Assembly: GCA_964507425.1 (NCBI GenBank)
Contig: CAZDQD010000053.1
Span: 12,156 to 76,155, forward strand
Length of the DNA: 64,000 nucleotides
From: an uncultured Vicinamibacteraceae bacterium
GTDB taxonomy: Bacteria; Acidobacteriota; Vicinamibacteria; Vicinamibacterales; UBA8438
Reading direction: 5' to 3'
Shown here piece by piece: positions 48,341-61,926 of the stretch (its first letter is position 1; each line of letters opens with the position of its first letter). The translations under genes and the position numbers were made by a program. Below the pieces are notes generated by a model. That model was not told the DNA's origin, ran no database searches, and saw only the letters and a list, made by a program, of their open reading frames with translations.

Positions 48341-48979
48341 TTGGACTTTCGCTACATCGCGGTCGAGGGTCCGATCGCCGTTGGCAAATGCAACCTCACC
48401 GAAAAGCTCGCGGCGAGGTTGAACGGGACTGTTGTCCTCGACGATACGGAAAACCCTTTTCTAGCGGACTTCTACGCCGGTCGCCCTGGCGCCGCATTTC
48501 AGGCACAACTGTTTTCGTTGCTTGCGCGCCATCGACAACAAGTAACTCTTCAACAAGCTAATTTATTTCGCCAGTTGACTATTTCTGATTACCTCTTTGA
48601 CAAAGACAAGATTTACGCGTACCTGAACCTTGATGACAATGAACTCTTCATATACCAGAATTTGTTTGAGCTTTTATCTCGTGATGTCGTCATGCCCGAT
48701 GTCGTTATCTATTTACAGACACCAACCGACGTACTTCGTAGACGTGCCCATGCGACGATCAGTGCAGACCAAGCAGCACCGAACAGTGAATATCTAGGTG
48801 AACTGAACGAAGCTTATAATCACTTCTTTTTTCACTATAACGCCACACCACTGTTGGTCGTCGAAACGTCGGACTTTGACCTTGATTGGGGAGATAGCGC
48901 ACTGGACGATCTGATCAAACAACTAAAAGAAGTCGGAAAAGGCACGCGATATTACGTACCAAGAACCACTAGACGTTAA
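48341..48979 (+). CDS. deoxynucleoside kinase family protein (atypical P-loop GPIAVGKC)
   Basis: IAVEGPIAVGKCNLTEKLA and VIYLQTPTDVLRRR lid-like region. TTG at 48341 avoids overlap with the divergent gene; the start is uncertain. Confidence 0.65.
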   Translation: MDFRYIAVEGPIAVGKCNLTEKLAARLNGTVVLDDTENPFLADFYAGRPGAAFQAQLFSLLARHRQQVTLQQANLFRQLTISDYLFDKDKIYAYLNLDDNELFIYQNLFELLSRDVVMPDVVIYLQTPTDVLRRRAHATISADQAAPNSEYLGELNEAYNHFFFHYNATPLLVVETSDFDLDWGDSALDDLIKQLKEVGKGTRYYVPRTTRR

Positions 48980-49017
48980 CAACCAAAAACGTCCCAGCGC
49001 GTTAGAACTAGTAGTAG

Positions 49018-50388
49018 ATGCACAATAACAAACAGACCCAAGAAGAAAGATTGGCAAAACAGGAGGATCCGCTTGCCTACTTGTTCGGGCTCGAACAGTT
49101 CGGGATCAAGCTTGGCCTTCACAACATACGGATACTCACTGCAGCGCTCGAATCTCCGGAAAGTAGCTTCCATTCAATTCTCGTCGCCGGTACAAATGGG
49201 AAAGGATCAGTAGCAGCAATGATCGAGTGTGGGCTGCGCAAAGCTGGTTACCATACTGGCCTGTACACATCGCCGCACCTAAGCCATCTTCGTGAACGTT
49301 TTGTGGTTAATGGTCAAGCAATTGACCAATTAACGCTTCTACAAGAGGCAGAAGACATCCAGAACATTATCGCACTCCTTCAAACGCAAGGAACGCTTCG
49401 TACCCCCCCAACCTTCTTTGAAGCGACCACAGCTCTCGCGCTATCGTTGTTCCGACGGAGCCAGGTTGAAGTAGCAATCCTTGAAGTAGGGCTAGGCGGT
49501 CGTTTCGACGCAACAAACGTTGTCAAACCGATAGCTGTTGCTATTCCCTCCATAGACCTCGACCACGAGCAATACCTCGGGACGACCCTCGCGCAGATCG
49601 CATTTGAAAAAGCCGGCGTCATCGCTACAAACAGTGTTGTCGTTAGCGCGGAGGCAAAATCTGAACCAAGTGCCGTGCTACGCACAGCTGCTGCCTCAAA
49701 AAGAGCTCGGTACATCAGGGCAGACGAAGACACCACTATTAGCTATCACATTGAAAAAGATGGTGAGTCACATATCCGGAAGGCCGTAACACCACGCGCA
49801 AGCTACGGTCCAATACGCCTTTCGCTTCGCGGGCGTCATCAAGTGACTAACGCTGCTGTTACCATTCGCTTGCTAGAAGAATTAGCAACGTTCGGTCTAA
49901 CAATTCCGCCGAGTGCAATTGAAATCGCGTTGTCACAAACAGAATGGCCAGGAAGATTAGAACTTGTTTCAGTCACACCAAATCGTCGCGTGCTTTTAGA
50001 TCCTGCGCACAACGTCGCCTCAGCACTAGCACTTGCGGAATATATACGCGGGTGGCAACCTAGCGGCATTCCATTTGTCTTCAGCGCATTCCGGGACAAG
50101 AATATCAACGGAATTTTGAGAGCGTTTGGCAACGCAGTAAGCCAAATCACCTGCACGACTATCGATAGTCCTAGAGCCTGCACTCTGGAGAATCTATTGC
50201 GAATCACGTGCTCGGCCCGACCAGACCTGCCGGTCACTGCGGTCGCCGACCCAAATGAAGCGCTTGAAACTTCATGGCAATTTGGACCATTAGTTGTAGT
50301 GACCGGTTCCGTGTTTCTAGTAGGTAAATTCAGGGACATCCTCACTCTGATTGAAGAGAAAGCCACACCGACACCAAACCAGATGTAA
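49018..50388 (+). CDS. folC: bifunctional folylpolyglutamate synthase / dihydrofolate synthase
   Basis: VAGTNGKGSV P-loop and Mur-ligase-like layout (EVGLGGRFDATN). Confidence 0.9.
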   Translation: MHNNKQTQEERLAKQEDPLAYLFGLEQFGIKLGLHNIRILTAALESPESSFHSILVAGTNGKGSVAAMIECGLRKAGYHTGLYTSPHLSHLRERFVVNGQAIDQLTLLQEAEDIQNIIALLQTQGTLRTPPTFFEATTALALSLFRRSQVEVAILEVGLGGRFDATNVVKPIAVAIPSIDLDHEQYLGTTLAQIAFEKAGVIATNSVVVSAEAKSEPSAVLRTAAASKRARYIRADEDTTISYHIEKDGESHIRKAVTPRASYGPIRLSLRGRHQVTNAAVTIRLLEELATFGLTIPPSAIEIALSQTEWPGRLELVSVTPNRRVLLDPAHNVASALALAEYIRGWQPSGIPFVFSAFRDKNINGILRAFGNAVSQITCTTIDSPRACTLENLLRITCSARPDLPVTAVADPNEALETSWQFGPLVVVTGSVFLVGKFRDILTLIEEKATPTPNQM

Positions 50389-50401
50389 AATTAATACCCG
50401 G

Positions 50402-52771
50402 ATGCGTTTTCCCGTGTTGTTGCTCCTGGTTATCACACTGCTACCAGAAGTCGCCGCGGCGCAGCTCTTTCCGAGCCTTCCGTTCGATTCCAGACAGTTT
50501 CGGATCGAACAGTTGAGCGAAACTCACCTCCGTCTAATTGACGAAGTTGAGATCGACGGAGGCACGTACGGATTCTTCGCTGACCAAGTTGACATCTACG
50601 TAGAAGTATCAGACGCCCTAATGGGACCCGTGCAAGCGACGCGAACAGATGACGTTACCTTCTCGTTAGTCGCCACTGGAAATGTTGTTTACACATCTGC
50701 CGACATCCGCATCGCTGCCGAGCGAGTGGAATTCGCAACCTCTGACCAATCCGCCATCTTTTACCAAGCCAACGGTTCAATAAACATGGGGGACGAGGTC
50801 GACAGAAGTATGTTTGGAACACAAGAGCCTGACATGCTGTTCTACGGAGAGACCATCGAAAGACTCGGACCAAGAACCTATCGACTGAACAAAGGTGCCT
50901 TTACAAGCTGTATTCAACCAACCCCTCGCTGGCAGGTAGTGGCTTCGACGCTAACCCTAAACCTTGACCAGTACGCAGTCATCCGAAACTCAGTCATCAA
51001 GGTAAAGGGAGTGCCCGTATTTTACCTTCCAGCACTTTACTACCCCATCCAAGAGGATGGCCGAGCAACGGGTTTTCTTATGCCTACCTATGGTGCCTCG
51101 TCATATCGAGGCACAAGTTTAAGCAACGCCTTCTTTTGGGCAATCAATGACAGTCATGACGCCACGATGCTCCACGACTGGTTTACTCAAACTGGACAGG
51201 GATATGGAGGCGAGTACCGCTATACGCAAGGCAACGGCTCCGAAGGCCAACTGCAAACGTACTTCCTCAACGAACACGAAGCTGAATTTACAACCGCGCG
51301 AGGCACCAGACAGCTTCCAGCCAGGAAGAGCTTCAACCTTGAAGGTCTAGCCATGCACCGCCTGGGCGACACATGGCTAGCGCGTGGGCAAATCAATTAC
51401 TTCTCAGATGTCACAGTCCAACAGACCTACAACCAAAACATCTTTGATGCTTCAAACAGACAACGCAGTTGGTCTGGGAACGTTACCGGCCAACTTGGGA
51501 GATACCAGTTAAACGGCACCTACGATATGAACGAAACGTTCTTCGGCAGCACTCAATCGACACTCAATGGTGGCGGTCCACGTATTGGACTATCGCAGGC
51601 TAAGACCGAGCTCGCTGGCGGCTCAATGTACTATTCATTCGACGCCGAATATGTTCGTCTTCTTAGAGTATCCCGCTTTTTTGAACAAGAGGCGATGACC
51701 CCTGATATCAATTCTGGTCTCAACAGAATGGACTTCAACCCAGTGCTGCAGGTCCCATTCACCAAATGGCCTTTCCTCACAGTTGATACAAACGTGCAGT
51801 GGCGGGGAACCTATTGGGATGAAAGCATTGGTCAAAATTCGTCAATTGGTGAACAAGTACCCTTGGGGGTTGGGCGTTCGTTCGTAGAGTTCAGTAGTCG
51901 AGCAACAGGTCCAACATTTGTCAAGATCTGGGACACACCAAATAGCAGTTACTCAGAACGAATGAAACACACCATTGAGCCGTGGGTTTCAATGCGACGC
52001 GTTAGCGCCATCGACAACTTCGATCAAATTGTGCGTCTCGAAGGAATTGACTCGATCGTTGGTAATGTCACGCAAGTCGGCTTCGGACTGGACAATCGTA
52101 TATACGCAAAAAGGTACGAAGGGGGACCGGAAGGGGTCTCGCGTGAAATAGTGGCGGTGTCACTGCAGCAAAACTATTATACGGATGCCAGAGCTGCTGA
52201 ATTCGACCGCAGCTTCCGAACAAGCTTCAATGCAACCCCGCCGACAAACTTTTCACCGGTCTCACTTATCGTCAGAAGCGAGCCAACACCCGGTATCACC
52301 GGAGACCTAAGAGCGGAGTTCGACTCAACTCACAAAATGCTACGAACAATCGCAGCCGAAGGAAGCTACGAACTGGGAGGATGGCTGGAAACCAGAGGCG
52401 GCTGGAGTCAACGGCGATTCATTGCAGGACTACCAGGTTTCAATGACCCGTCAAGACTCGACCACTACATCAATTCGTATACAGCTGTGCGCACACGAGA
52501 TAACACAGTCGGAGCACTCTATATGTTTAATTACGATGTGCTTCGAAGCAGAAATTTAATGCAACGTGTAGTTGTGTACTACAACGCTCAATGCTGCGGC
52601 GTCAGTGCTGAATACCAGGAATTCAACTTTGAAGGCCTCGGTAGCCGGGCGCCGGTTCCAAAAGATCGACGCTTTAATTTCTCATTCACCCTAGCAGGAC
52701 TCGGCACCTTCGCTAACCTTTTTGGTGCTTTCGGAGGCGGCGGTAGCGGTGGTGGCCAAGGCGGATTTTAG
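50402..52771 (+). CDS. lptD: LPS-assembly outer-membrane protein LptD/OstA-like
   Basis: Signal peptide MRFPVLLLLVITLLPEVAAAQ, an OstA-like N-terminal beta-jellyroll region, then a large beta-barrel-like body. Gly-rich tail ends in F. ATG at 50402 chosen. Confidence 0.7.
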   Translation: MRFPVLLLLVITLLPEVAAAQLFPSLPFDSRQFRIEQLSETHLRLIDEVEIDGGTYGFFADQVDIYVEVSDALMGPVQATRTDDVTFSLVATGNVVYTSADIRIAAERVEFATSDQSAIFYQANGSINMGDEVDRSMFGTQEPDMLFYGETIERLGPRTYRLNKGAFTSCIQPTPRWQVVASTLTLNLDQYAVIRNSVIKVKGVPVFYLPALYYPIQEDGRATGFLMPTYGASSYRGTSLSNAFFWAINDSHDATMLHDWFTQTGQGYGGEYRYTQGNGSEGQLQTYFLNEHEAEFTTARGTRQLPARKSFNLEGLAMHRLGDTWLARGQINYFSDVTVQQTYNQNIFDASNRQRSWSGNVTGQLGRYQLNGTYDMNETFFGSTQSTLNGGGPRIGLSQAKTELAGGSMYYSFDAEYVRLLRVSRFFEQEAMTPDINSGLNRMDFNPVLQVPFTKWPFLTVDTNVQWRGTYWDESIGQNSSIGEQVPLGVGRSFVEFSSRATGPTFVKIWDTPNSSYSERMKHTIEPWVSMRRVSAIDNFDQIVRLEGIDSIVGNVTQVGFGLDNRIYAKRYEGGPEGVSREIVAVSLQQNYYTDARAAEFDRSFRTSFNATPPTNFSPVSLIVRSEPTPGITGDLRAEFDSTHKMLRTIAAEGSYELGGWLETRGGWSQRRFIAGLPGFNDPSRLDHYINSYTAVRTRDNTVGALYMFNYDVLRSRNLMQRVVVYYNAQCCGVSAEYQEFNFEGLGSRAPVPKDRRFNFSFTLAGLGTFANLFGAFGGGGSGGGQGGF

Positions 52772-53724
52772 TGTCACGGGTTGTTCTCGTCACTGGGGCA
52801 ACAGGCTTCGTGGGAAATCACCTCATGAAGGCACTAGAACGAGAGACTCCCGTTCCGACCATCATCGGGTGGCGACGACCAGGGCCAAAAGGACCTCAAT
52901 TTGGCAAAAACAACCGCGTCTCGTGGTACGAAGTAGATCTGCTTAAGCAGCAAGACGTCGATACCGCATTATCCGAAACAAAACCTACAGAAATTTTCCA
53001 CTGTGGCGGCATTGCCAACGTTGCCGGTTCCTGGAAAAACGTTTTAGACACACTCGACGTAAACGTTCGCGGCACGAAACACTTACTCAACGGTCTCCGT
53101 CGGCTACGGATGCGCTCACGCACACTCGTACCCGGATCAGGATTGGTCTATCTACCCAAGGCAGGTCCGCTGGCAGAGGAAGATGCCATTCGTCCGGTAA
53201 ATCCATATGGTCTCAGTAAACTCGCCCAGGAAATGCTCGCCTTGCAGCTCAATTCTGGTGACCATGAAATACTCGTCACTCGTTCCTTCACCCACATCGG
53301 ACCTGGCCAGGACACCGCCTACGCCGTATCTAATTTTGCTCATCAGATCGCCCGGATCGAGCTTGAACAAACAAACCCAATTATCCACGTTGGTTCACTG
53401 GATGCGTATCGCGACCTAATGGATGTACGTGACACAGTTGAGGCGTACAGAACCCTGATGCATCGTGGAAGGCCAGGACAAATTTATAACGTCTGCACAG
53501 GCCACACCTACAAAATTGGGGACGTGCTCGACCGCCTAATCAAGTGCGCACACGTGCCGATCGAAGTACGTCTGGACCCTGATCGAGTAAGACCCAGCGA
53601 CAACCCAGAAATGCGCGGCGACCGAACAAAAATAACAGCAGCTGTCGGTTGGACTCCGAAGATCCAACTCGACGACACTCTGCGCGATACACTGAACTAC
53701 TGGCGTGAACAAATTAGCGGTTAG
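52771..53724 (+). CDS. NAD-dependent epimerase/dehydratase (SDR; GDP-sugar reductase/dehydratase-like)
   Basis: VLVTGATGFVGNHL Rossmann motif and catalytic YGLSK. The GTG start overlaps the lptD stop (TAGTG). Confidence 0.8.
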   Translation: MSRVVLVTGATGFVGNHLMKALERETPVPTIIGWRRPGPKGPQFGKNNRVSWYEVDLLKQQDVDTALSETKPTEIFHCGGIANVAGSWKNVLDTLDVNVRGTKHLLNGLRRLRMRSRTLVPGSGLVYLPKAGPLAEEDAIRPVNPYGLSKLAQEMLALQLNSGDHEILVTRSFTHIGPGQDTAYAVSNFAHQIARIELEQTNPIIHVGSLDAYRDLMDVRDTVEAYRTLMHRGRPGQIYNVCTGHTYKIGDVLDRLIKCAHVPIEVRLDPDRVRPSDNPEMRGDRTKITAAVGWTPKIQLDDTLRDTLNYWREQISG

Positions 53725-53883
53725 GCCCTCGGTCAAAACTCCGGCCTGGCCGGAAAATCAGTCCCGGACGCATCACCGGCGCACCGTGTCCTTCGTCAGT
53801 TTTACAACATTTTAGTTGCAGTGATTTTACGAACAATTTGAGGTTCAGCTCCAGAAACAGGTTTCATCAGGCATAATAAACAC

Positions 53884-54414
53884 GTGGCTAATCCAGCAAG
53901 GCATTCGCTACTTCTGTTAGCGCTGTTTGTGTACTTGTCACCTAATGTCTCAGGCCAGCAACAGCCTGTGCCACAACCATTCCCAACTCCCAATGCTGCA
54001 GAAAGACAACAGCTAGAATCGGATGAAGAAGTATTAACCGCTCCCGTACCGACTGAGGAAAACCTCGGCGTACCGATGTACCCCAACGCAAACCACTTGG
54101 CATCCTACGACGCCGGTCGCGGCCAGACGCTACACATTTATGGTACCAATGCTGGTTTTGAAGAAATGGTCCGGTACTACCGTGTCATCCTTAACGAGGG
54201 CGGCAACCGCGTCTTTGATTCGCCGGCAACACACCAATTTGACACGGAACGTTTCCGGGACGAAGACATGACGTACAGACCGAGTGTAACGGTTAAAGAC
54301 TACACATGGAATGGTGCAGAAGGTTATCTCAATCCGATTCCAGGAGCTACACCAGCAAGGTATCAAACTATTATCCAGGTCACCACTGCACCTAACAGTG
54401 GCGCTGGTCGCTGA
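53884..54414 (+). CDS. secreted hypothetical protein (176 aa)
   Basis: Signal-like N-terminus LLLLALFVYLSPNVSGQ. No family recognised. Confidence 0.5.
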   Translation: MANPARHSLLLLALFVYLSPNVSGQQQPVPQPFPTPNAAERQQLESDEEVLTAPVPTEENLGVPMYPNANHLASYDAGRGQTLHIYGTNAGFEEMVRYYRVILNEGGNRVFDSPATHQFDTERFRDEDMTYRPSVTVKDYTWNGAEGYLNPIPGATPARYQTIIQVTTAPNSGAGR

Positions 54415-54440
54415 CATCCAAACGGAAACAAAACATTTAC

Positions 54441-56168
<1,728 letters not shown>

Positions 56169-56455
56169 TTAGAACTACTTGAGACTGGGCAGAATATAGC
56201 ATGTCAAATCAGATGCCTCGTGGCTACCGTTAACACAAAGTATTTGGCTCTCACGAGACAGCCCACATTCGTAAACACTTTCATAAACATACTACTGAGA
56301 CTAGTGTGGTCTGCATCTTAGAAAAACGAACACTCAAGACAGAGCCATTGTCGCAAAAGTCATCGAAACAAATACCTTTTTACGATTGCAACGATTGCTA
56401 TAGGCTTGATGGAGGATCATCTCAAACGTTCAAATGCCTATAGTACAATCGTATT

Positions 56456-56935
56456 GTGAGAATCGCGCTTGGATCCGACCATGCAGGCGTACATCTTAAG
56501 AACGAACTGAAGAACGCGTTCGACAAGTCGTACTCAGCAGGCACCGTCAAGCATACCTACGTCGATTTTGGCACCGATTCGACCACATCTGTTGATTACC
56601 CTATTTTTGCTCAGCAGGTCGCCGAAGGGGTCGCGTCTGGAGCATTTGAGTGCGGCATCCTTGTTTGCGGAAGTGGTGTTGGAATGTCAATCGCCGCTAA
56701 CAAGGTAACTGGAATCCGCGCAGCACTCGTATCTGACGTTGAGAGTGCGCGTCTATGCCGCGAACACAATGACGCAAACGTTTTAGCACTCGCTGGTCGA
56801 ACGCTAGCTTCAGAAACAGCCGATAAGATCGTACAAACATTCTTGTCTACGGCATTTGCCGGGGGCCGCCATCAACGCCGCATAGATAAAATTACAGCCA
56901 TTGAAAAAAAACGAACGGAAACAAGTGACGAATAG
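56456..56935 (+). CDS. rpiB: ribose-5-phosphate isomerase B
   Basis: [11 protein letters not shown] and [15 protein letters not shown] motifs. Confidence 0.9.
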   Translation: MRIALGSDHAGVHLKNELKNAFDKSYSAGTVKHTYVDFGTDSTTSVDYPIFAQQVAEGVASGAFECGILVCGSGVGMSIAANKVTGIRAALVSDVESARLCREHNDANVLALAGRTLASETADKIVQTFLSTAFAGGRHQRRIDKITAIEKKRTETSDE

Positions 56936-58223
56936 CACTACTGCCACATCGGATACGGCGAGAAATATAGAACTTTTACGTTCATTACGGGAGTCAGATC
57001 CAGCGATCGCCGACGCCATCAGTCAAGAAATTAAGCGTCAAAATTCTGGTCTTGAGCTGATCGCGTCAGAAAATTTCGTGAGTAATGCCGTGTTAGAGGC
57101 GATGGGATCACCGCTGACCAATAAATACGCCGAGGGCTATCCCGGACGTCGCTACTATGGTGGGTGCGAGTTTGTCGACATTTCCGAATCTTTGGCTATC
57201 GAACGAGCAAAAAAGATCTTTGGTGCTGAGCACGCGAATGTCCAGCCACACTCTGGTGCCCAAGCAAACATGGCGGCTTACTTTTCTCTGCTGAAACCAG
57301 GCGATACGGTTCTAGGAATGGACCTTGCACATGGTGGTCACTTAACCCACGGGCACCCGCTGAATTTTTCAGGCCAGCTATACAAAATAGTGCCGTACGG
57401 CGTTCGCCAGGACGATGAACGGATTGACTACGAGAATATTGAACAACTGGCTAGAGAACATCAGCCCCAACTCATCATGGTTGGAGCGAGTGCCTACCCT
57501 CGCATTATTGATTTCTCAAGAATTGCAGACATCGCGTTAGAAGTAGGCGCAGCGATGGTCACTGATATGGCACATATCGCTGGTCTCGTCGCCGCAAATG
57601 TACATCCGAGTCCGGTTCCGCACTCCGACATCGTAACTACTACTACGCACAAAACTTTACGTGGGCCACGTGGTGGACTAATCCTTTGTCGAGACGAACA
57701 CCGGAAAGCAATCAATCGTTCACTGTTTCCCGGCGTACAAGGCGGTCCGTTAATGCATGTTATTGCTGCAAAGGCAGTCTGTTTTGAGGAAGCGACAGAA
57801 CCTAGCTTTGTTCAATACCAGCAACAGGTTGTTAGGAATGCAAGTCGACTTTCTGTCGCAATTTCGGATCGAGGTTTTCGGGTCGTAAGCGGTGGCACAG
57901 ACAACCACATCGTACTTGTCGATGTTTTCTCTCGTGGTCTCACAGGAAAAGTATCCGAAGAAGCACTTGGAAAGGCCGAGATAACTGTCAATAAAAATAC
58001 CATCCCGTTTGACGAGCAACCACCAATGGTGGCCAGTGGCATTCGCCTTGGAACACCTGCGCTAACCACGCGCGGCATGACGGAAGCAGAAATGGATACC
58101 ATCGCTGATTTGATAGTACGCGTGCTGAGTGCTCCGGAAGATGACAACGTAATTCGAATGGTTCGTGACGAAGTCAAAGAATTGTGTCGGAAGTTCCCGT
58201 TGTATCCAACTCCACAGGGCTAG
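56925..58223 (+). CDS. glyA: serine hydroxymethyltransferase
   Basis: LIASENF and the PLP-lysine motif [14 protein letters not shown]. The start could be GTG at 56925 or TTG at 56901; both overlap the rpiB end. Confidence 0.95.
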   Translation: MTNSTTATSDTARNIELLRSLRESDPAIADAISQEIKRQNSGLELIASENFVSNAVLEAMGSPLTNKYAEGYPGRRYYGGCEFVDISESLAIERAKKIFGAEHANVQPHSGAQANMAAYFSLLKPGDTVLGMDLAHGGHLTHGHPLNFSGQLYKIVPYGVRQDDERIDYENIEQLAREHQPQLIMVGASAYPRIIDFSRIADIALEVGAAMVTDMAHIAGLVAANVHPSPVPHSDIVTTTTHKTLRGPRGGLILCRDEHRKAINRSLFPGVQGGPLMHVIAAKAVCFEEATEPSFVQYQQQVVRNASRLSVAISDRGFRVVSGGTDNHIVLVDVFSRGLTGKVSEEALGKAEITVNKNTIPFDEQPPMVASGIRLGTPALTTRGMTEAEMDTIADLIVRVLSAPEDDNVIRMVRDEVKELCRKFPLYPTPQG

Positions 58224-60172
58224 TCGGGCTTTCTCGACGCGTAGCCGAAGCTTTCGCCGAGAACGGCTCGCTGGCTAAGGCCATTCCAGCGTTCGAATCA
58301 CGGCCGAGCCAACAACGCATGGCGGAAAATACCGCGCGAGTGCTTGAGAACGGTAGTACTCTCCTTGCAGAGGCTGGAACCGGAATTGGAAAGACGCTTG
58401 CCTACCTCGTACCGGCTATTCTGAGTGGACAACGCATTCTAATTTCTACGGGAACAAAAAATCTGCAGGACCAAATCTTCTACAAAGATCTACCGGCACT
58501 TAGTAAAGCACTTGAAGTTGACATCGACGCAACATATATGAAGGGTCGTTCAAACTACCTGTGTCTACATCGATTCTACGCAATGCAACAAGAAGAAACA
58601 CCCAGATCAGAAATTGACCAGAGCTACTTGGACCAACTTGCAGAGTGGTCTGAACAAACCGAAACCGGTGACAGAGCCGAGGTTGAAGATTTGCCAGACA
58701 GCTTTTCACTGTGGAACGACATCTCTGCAACATCAGAGAATTGCGTTGGAACGTCTTGCCCCCAATACGAGGAATGTTACGTAACGACCATGAGGCGACG
58801 AGCTTCCGAAGCAGACCTCGTAATTGTTAACCACCACCTTTTATGTGCAGACGCATCTGTGCGGCAAAGTGCCTATGGAGAGGTTATCCCAGCGTGCTCC
58901 TATCTCGTAGTTGACGAAGCTCACCAACTCGAAGACGTCGCCACTCAGTATTTTGGCACGTCGATTAGTACGCACCGGTTCGACGAACTAGATCGCGATG
59001 GCCGCAGGCTTCTTACGACTAAAGTTAGCGACTCCGAACTGGAACAATCCATTGAAGACGAAGTCACAGTGCTCCTGTCAAACATTCATAGCGCATCCAA
59101 ATCCTTGTTCGGATCTCTTGCAACGGCTATCCCTGCCAACGAGCGACGGCGAATGAACAGTGACGATTTTCTACCCTTCTCTGATTCGGGACATCAACTG
59201 ATAGCGCAACTAGGCCATTTAATAAATCTTGTGAAAGACCATGGTTCATCGTCAGAAGACTTCGTTGCATTGGCACGCCGAGCTGACGAACTACGAACCC
59301 AACTGGTTTTTATTTTAAAAGCTACGGACCCCTCATATGTTTATTTTGTAGAGCATCGCGGGCGTAGCGTATTCCTGCACGCGCAGCCAATCGATGTGTC
59401 ACGTCTGGTTAACAGCCTTCTCCTCGAACATGTGCATGGCGCCATACTGACATCAGCGACACTCACAGTCGACAATTCGTTCCACTACATTAAGGGGCGA
59501 CTTGGTATTAAAGAGGCAACTGAGTTGCGTCTTAAATCTGAGTTTGATTACACAGAACAGACCATTCTATATGCGCCTAGGTCGATGCCGGCACCAAACA
59601 ACAGAAGCTTCGCAGAAGCAGTTGCAACAGAAGTGCGTCGATTGCTATCGGTTACCTCCGGAAGGGCTTTCGTGCTATTCACCAGCTACGCCAACCTGCA
59701 TGATGTCGAGTCTCGCCTGAGACCGTCCATCCCATACCCGTTACTTGTTCAAGGTTCGGCGCCACGAAACGTGCTCCTTCGAGAATTTCGTAGTACCCCG
59801 AACGCCGTATTACTGGCAACTTCCAGTTTCTGGCAAGGCGTAGATGTCGCGGGGGAGGCTCTCAGTTGCGTCATTATCGACAAGTTACCGTTCGCATCGC
59901 CGAACGATCCACTTACAGCGGCACGAATGGAGAAGATTGAAACGGACGGCGGGAACCCATTTGCCGATTATCAAATACCACTTGCAATCTTAAACTTGCT
60001 TCAAGGAATAGGACGCCTACTCAGACTCCGTACCGACCGTGGGGTACTTGCATTACTCGACAGTCGACTGTACTCAAAAGGATATGGGCAACGTTTCCTC
60101 GAGTCCCTCCCCCCAGCACCCGTAACAGACGACCTCAAAAAAGTCGATGAGTTTTTTAACGGTGTAGACTAA
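58184..60172 (+). CDS. dinG: DinG/XPD-family ATP-dependent DNA helicase (Fe-S type)
   Basis: Walker [13 protein letters not shown] box VVDEAHQL, Cys cluster (C-x-C...[12 protein letters not shown]) in the Fe-S domain position, and C-terminal helicase motifs. Confidence 0.85.
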   Translation: MSEVPVVSNSTGLVGLSRRVAEAFAENGSLAKAIPAFESRPSQQRMAENTARVLENGSTLLAEAGTGIGKTLAYLVPAILSGQRILISTGTKNLQDQIFYKDLPALSKALEVDIDATYMKGRSNYLCLHRFYAMQQEETPRSEIDQSYLDQLAEWSEQTETGDRAEVEDLPDSFSLWNDISATSENCVGTSCPQYEECYVTTMRRRASEADLVIVNHHLLCADASVRQSAYGEVIPACSYLVVDEAHQLEDVATQYFGTSISTHRFDELDRDGRRLLTTKVSDSELEQSIEDEVTVLLSNIHSASKSLFGSLATAIPANERRRMNSDDFLPFSDSGHQLIAQLGHLINLVKDHGSSSEDFVALARRADELRTQLVFILKATDPSYVYFVEHRGRSVFLHAQPIDVSRLVNSLLLEHVHGAILTSATLTVDNSFHYIKGRLGIKEATELRLKSEFDYTEQTILYAPRSMPAPNNRSFAEAVATEVRRLLSVTSGRAFVLFTSYANLHDVESRLRPSIPYPLLVQGSAPRNVLLREFRSTPNAVLLATSSFWQGVDVAGEALSCVIIDKLPFASPNDPLTAARMEKIETDGGNPFADYQIPLAILNLLQGIGRLLRLRTDRGVLALLDSRLYSKGYGQRFLESLPPAPVTDDLKKVDEFFNGVD

Positions 60173-60175
60173 GGC

Positions 60176-61159
60176 ATGCGTCCGACCTGCGTTGGCACGC
60201 CCAACCTCGTAACAGGTTTAGTTTGTACTCTGCTCGCTCTGTTATTTCTCTCGGCACCCACCAATGGTCAGGACATTTCAAACGGTAGTATCCGCGGAGA
60301 TGTTGTCGATGAGAGCGGAATGCCTGTCGCCGCTGCCAATATCGTTATCACTGCTCTCAGCGCTGACGGTGACGTCACACGGATAGACACAACCTCAGAC
60401 GGTAAATTTTTATATTCACAACTCAGAGCAGGTCTTTACACAATTAGCGCCACACAAGACGAAATCGGAAGCGACTTTCACCGCGTACGTGTCAGAAGTA
60501 ATCGGACCGTCGAGGTGAGATTTAAACTCCAACCAGGCGGAAGGCTCAGATCTTGGGTCGACGTAGCGACTCGCGATGCATTCGCGAACGTTTTTTCCGC
60601 TGGCGTCAAAGCGAATAGAACCGGTGCATACGACGAGGCGGCAACGAATTTCTCGCAGGCGGCGGAGTTAGACCCAACGTGCCTTGAATGTCACTACAAC
60701 ACTGGCGTTGCTTACACAGCCATCGGTCAATTGACAGAAGCCGAGATGGCATTTAGGCGTGCCCTTGCTATTAACAATAACTACGCTCCAGCCTACTATG
60801 GGTTATCGGCGCTTTACGTGCAATGGGAAAGACCAAGGGATGCCAGTACGGCAAGGGCACAGGCTAATCGGATCGCATTGGCATCGCTCGACGCCAGACG
60901 ACAGCAAGCCACGGCTGATGTCAACCGGGGAATCACCTTCTACGAAGCTGGAAACCACACCGACGCGCAAAGACAATTCCAGAATGTCATCGACGAACAT
61001 CCCACACACGCACCGGCATACTACTGGCTCGGCGTAACATTAGTTGAAAATGCGAAAAAAGAAACAGCGACTCGTGCACTGCGTCGTTACCTAAGCCTAG
61101 ACCCAGACGGCCGACACGCTGAACTAGCGCGCAATCTACTTGAGAAGATGACACCCTAA
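60176..61159 (+). CDS. secreted carboxypeptidase-regulatory-like domain plus TPR-repeat protein
   Basis: Signal peptide, GSIRGDVVDESGMPVAAANIV (CarboxypepD_reg-like beta sandwich), then TPR repeats (AYYGLS..., APAYYWLG...). Confidence 0.65.
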   Translation: MRPTCVGTPNLVTGLVCTLLALLFLSAPTNGQDISNGSIRGDVVDESGMPVAAANIVITALSADGDVTRIDTTSDGKFLYSQLRAGLYTISATQDEIGSDFHRVRVRSNRTVEVRFKLQPGGRLRSWVDVATRDAFANVFSAGVKANRTGAYDEAATNFSQAAELDPTCLECHYNTGVAYTAIGQLTEAEMAFRRALAINNNYAPAYYGLSALYVQWERPRDASTARAQANRIALASLDARRQQATADVNRGITFYEAGNHTDAQRQFQNVIDEHPTHAPAYYWLGVTLVENAKKETATRALRRYLSLDPDGRHAELARNLLEKMTP

Positions 61160-61166
61160 ATAAGTT

Positions 61167-61898
61167 GTGGATGCGATCCCTCAAAACTATCTTCGTCGAA
61201 ACGTCGAGCAGGTACGAGACCGAATAAATCGGGCAGCTGCATCGGCACGACGCGATGTCAAACAGATAAAGCTAATCTCAGTATCCAAAACGTTCTCTGC
61301 CTCTGATGTAGAGTTTGCGTGCCAAACTGGCCTCGAGAATTTCGGAGAAAATCGAGTGCAAGAAGCTGTGGACAAGATGGACCATAAATTCAGTCGGCCC
61401 ATCCAATGGCATCTAATTGGCCACCTCCAATCCAACAAGGCTAAGACAGCAGTTGAACACTTTGATTGGATTCACTCTGTGGACAGCCTCAAACTTCTTA
61501 GGCGTCTGGAGCGAACAGCTACGGAGTCTGGGGCAGCTCCTCGTATCCTTATTCAAGCAGACCTTGCCGGCGAGGCGACTAAGCACGGTGCGCGAATCGA
61601 CGAAATTCGACACATATGTCAGTTTGCGAATACCTGTAAAGCGATTGTCTTGAAGGGGCTAATGATTATTCCACCCGCGTACAAAGACGTAGAACTAGTG
61701 CGCCCATATTTTGAGCGTTTAAGACAGCTCCGAGATACTTTGATAGCCGAGGGCGCCGACAAAAATGTGTTCACTGAACTGTCAATGGGTATGAGCCGCG
61801 ACTTCGAAATCGCAATTGAGGAGGGCGCCACCATGGTGCGAGTAGGGACAGCTATCTTCGGCAACAGAACGAGTAGACACCTACAACAACGCAGATAG
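61167..61898 (+). CDS. yggS: YggS-family pyridoxal-phosphate homeostasis protein
   Basis: LISVSKT (PLP lysine), FGENRVQE and WHLIGHLQSNK motifs. Confidence 0.9.
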   Translation: MDAIPQNYLRRNVEQVRDRINRAAASARRDVKQIKLISVSKTFSASDVEFACQTGLENFGENRVQEAVDKMDHKFSRPIQWHLIGHLQSNKAKTAVEHFDWIHSVDSLKLLRRLERTATESGAAPRILIQADLAGEATKHGARIDEIRHICQFANTCKAIVLKGLMIIPPAYKDVELVRPYFERLRQLRDTLIAEGADKNVFTELSMGMSRDFEIAIEEGATMVRVGTAIFGNRTSRHLQQRR

Positions 61899-61926
61899 AA
61901 GACTTCCCTCTACCTAAGACACGTAG

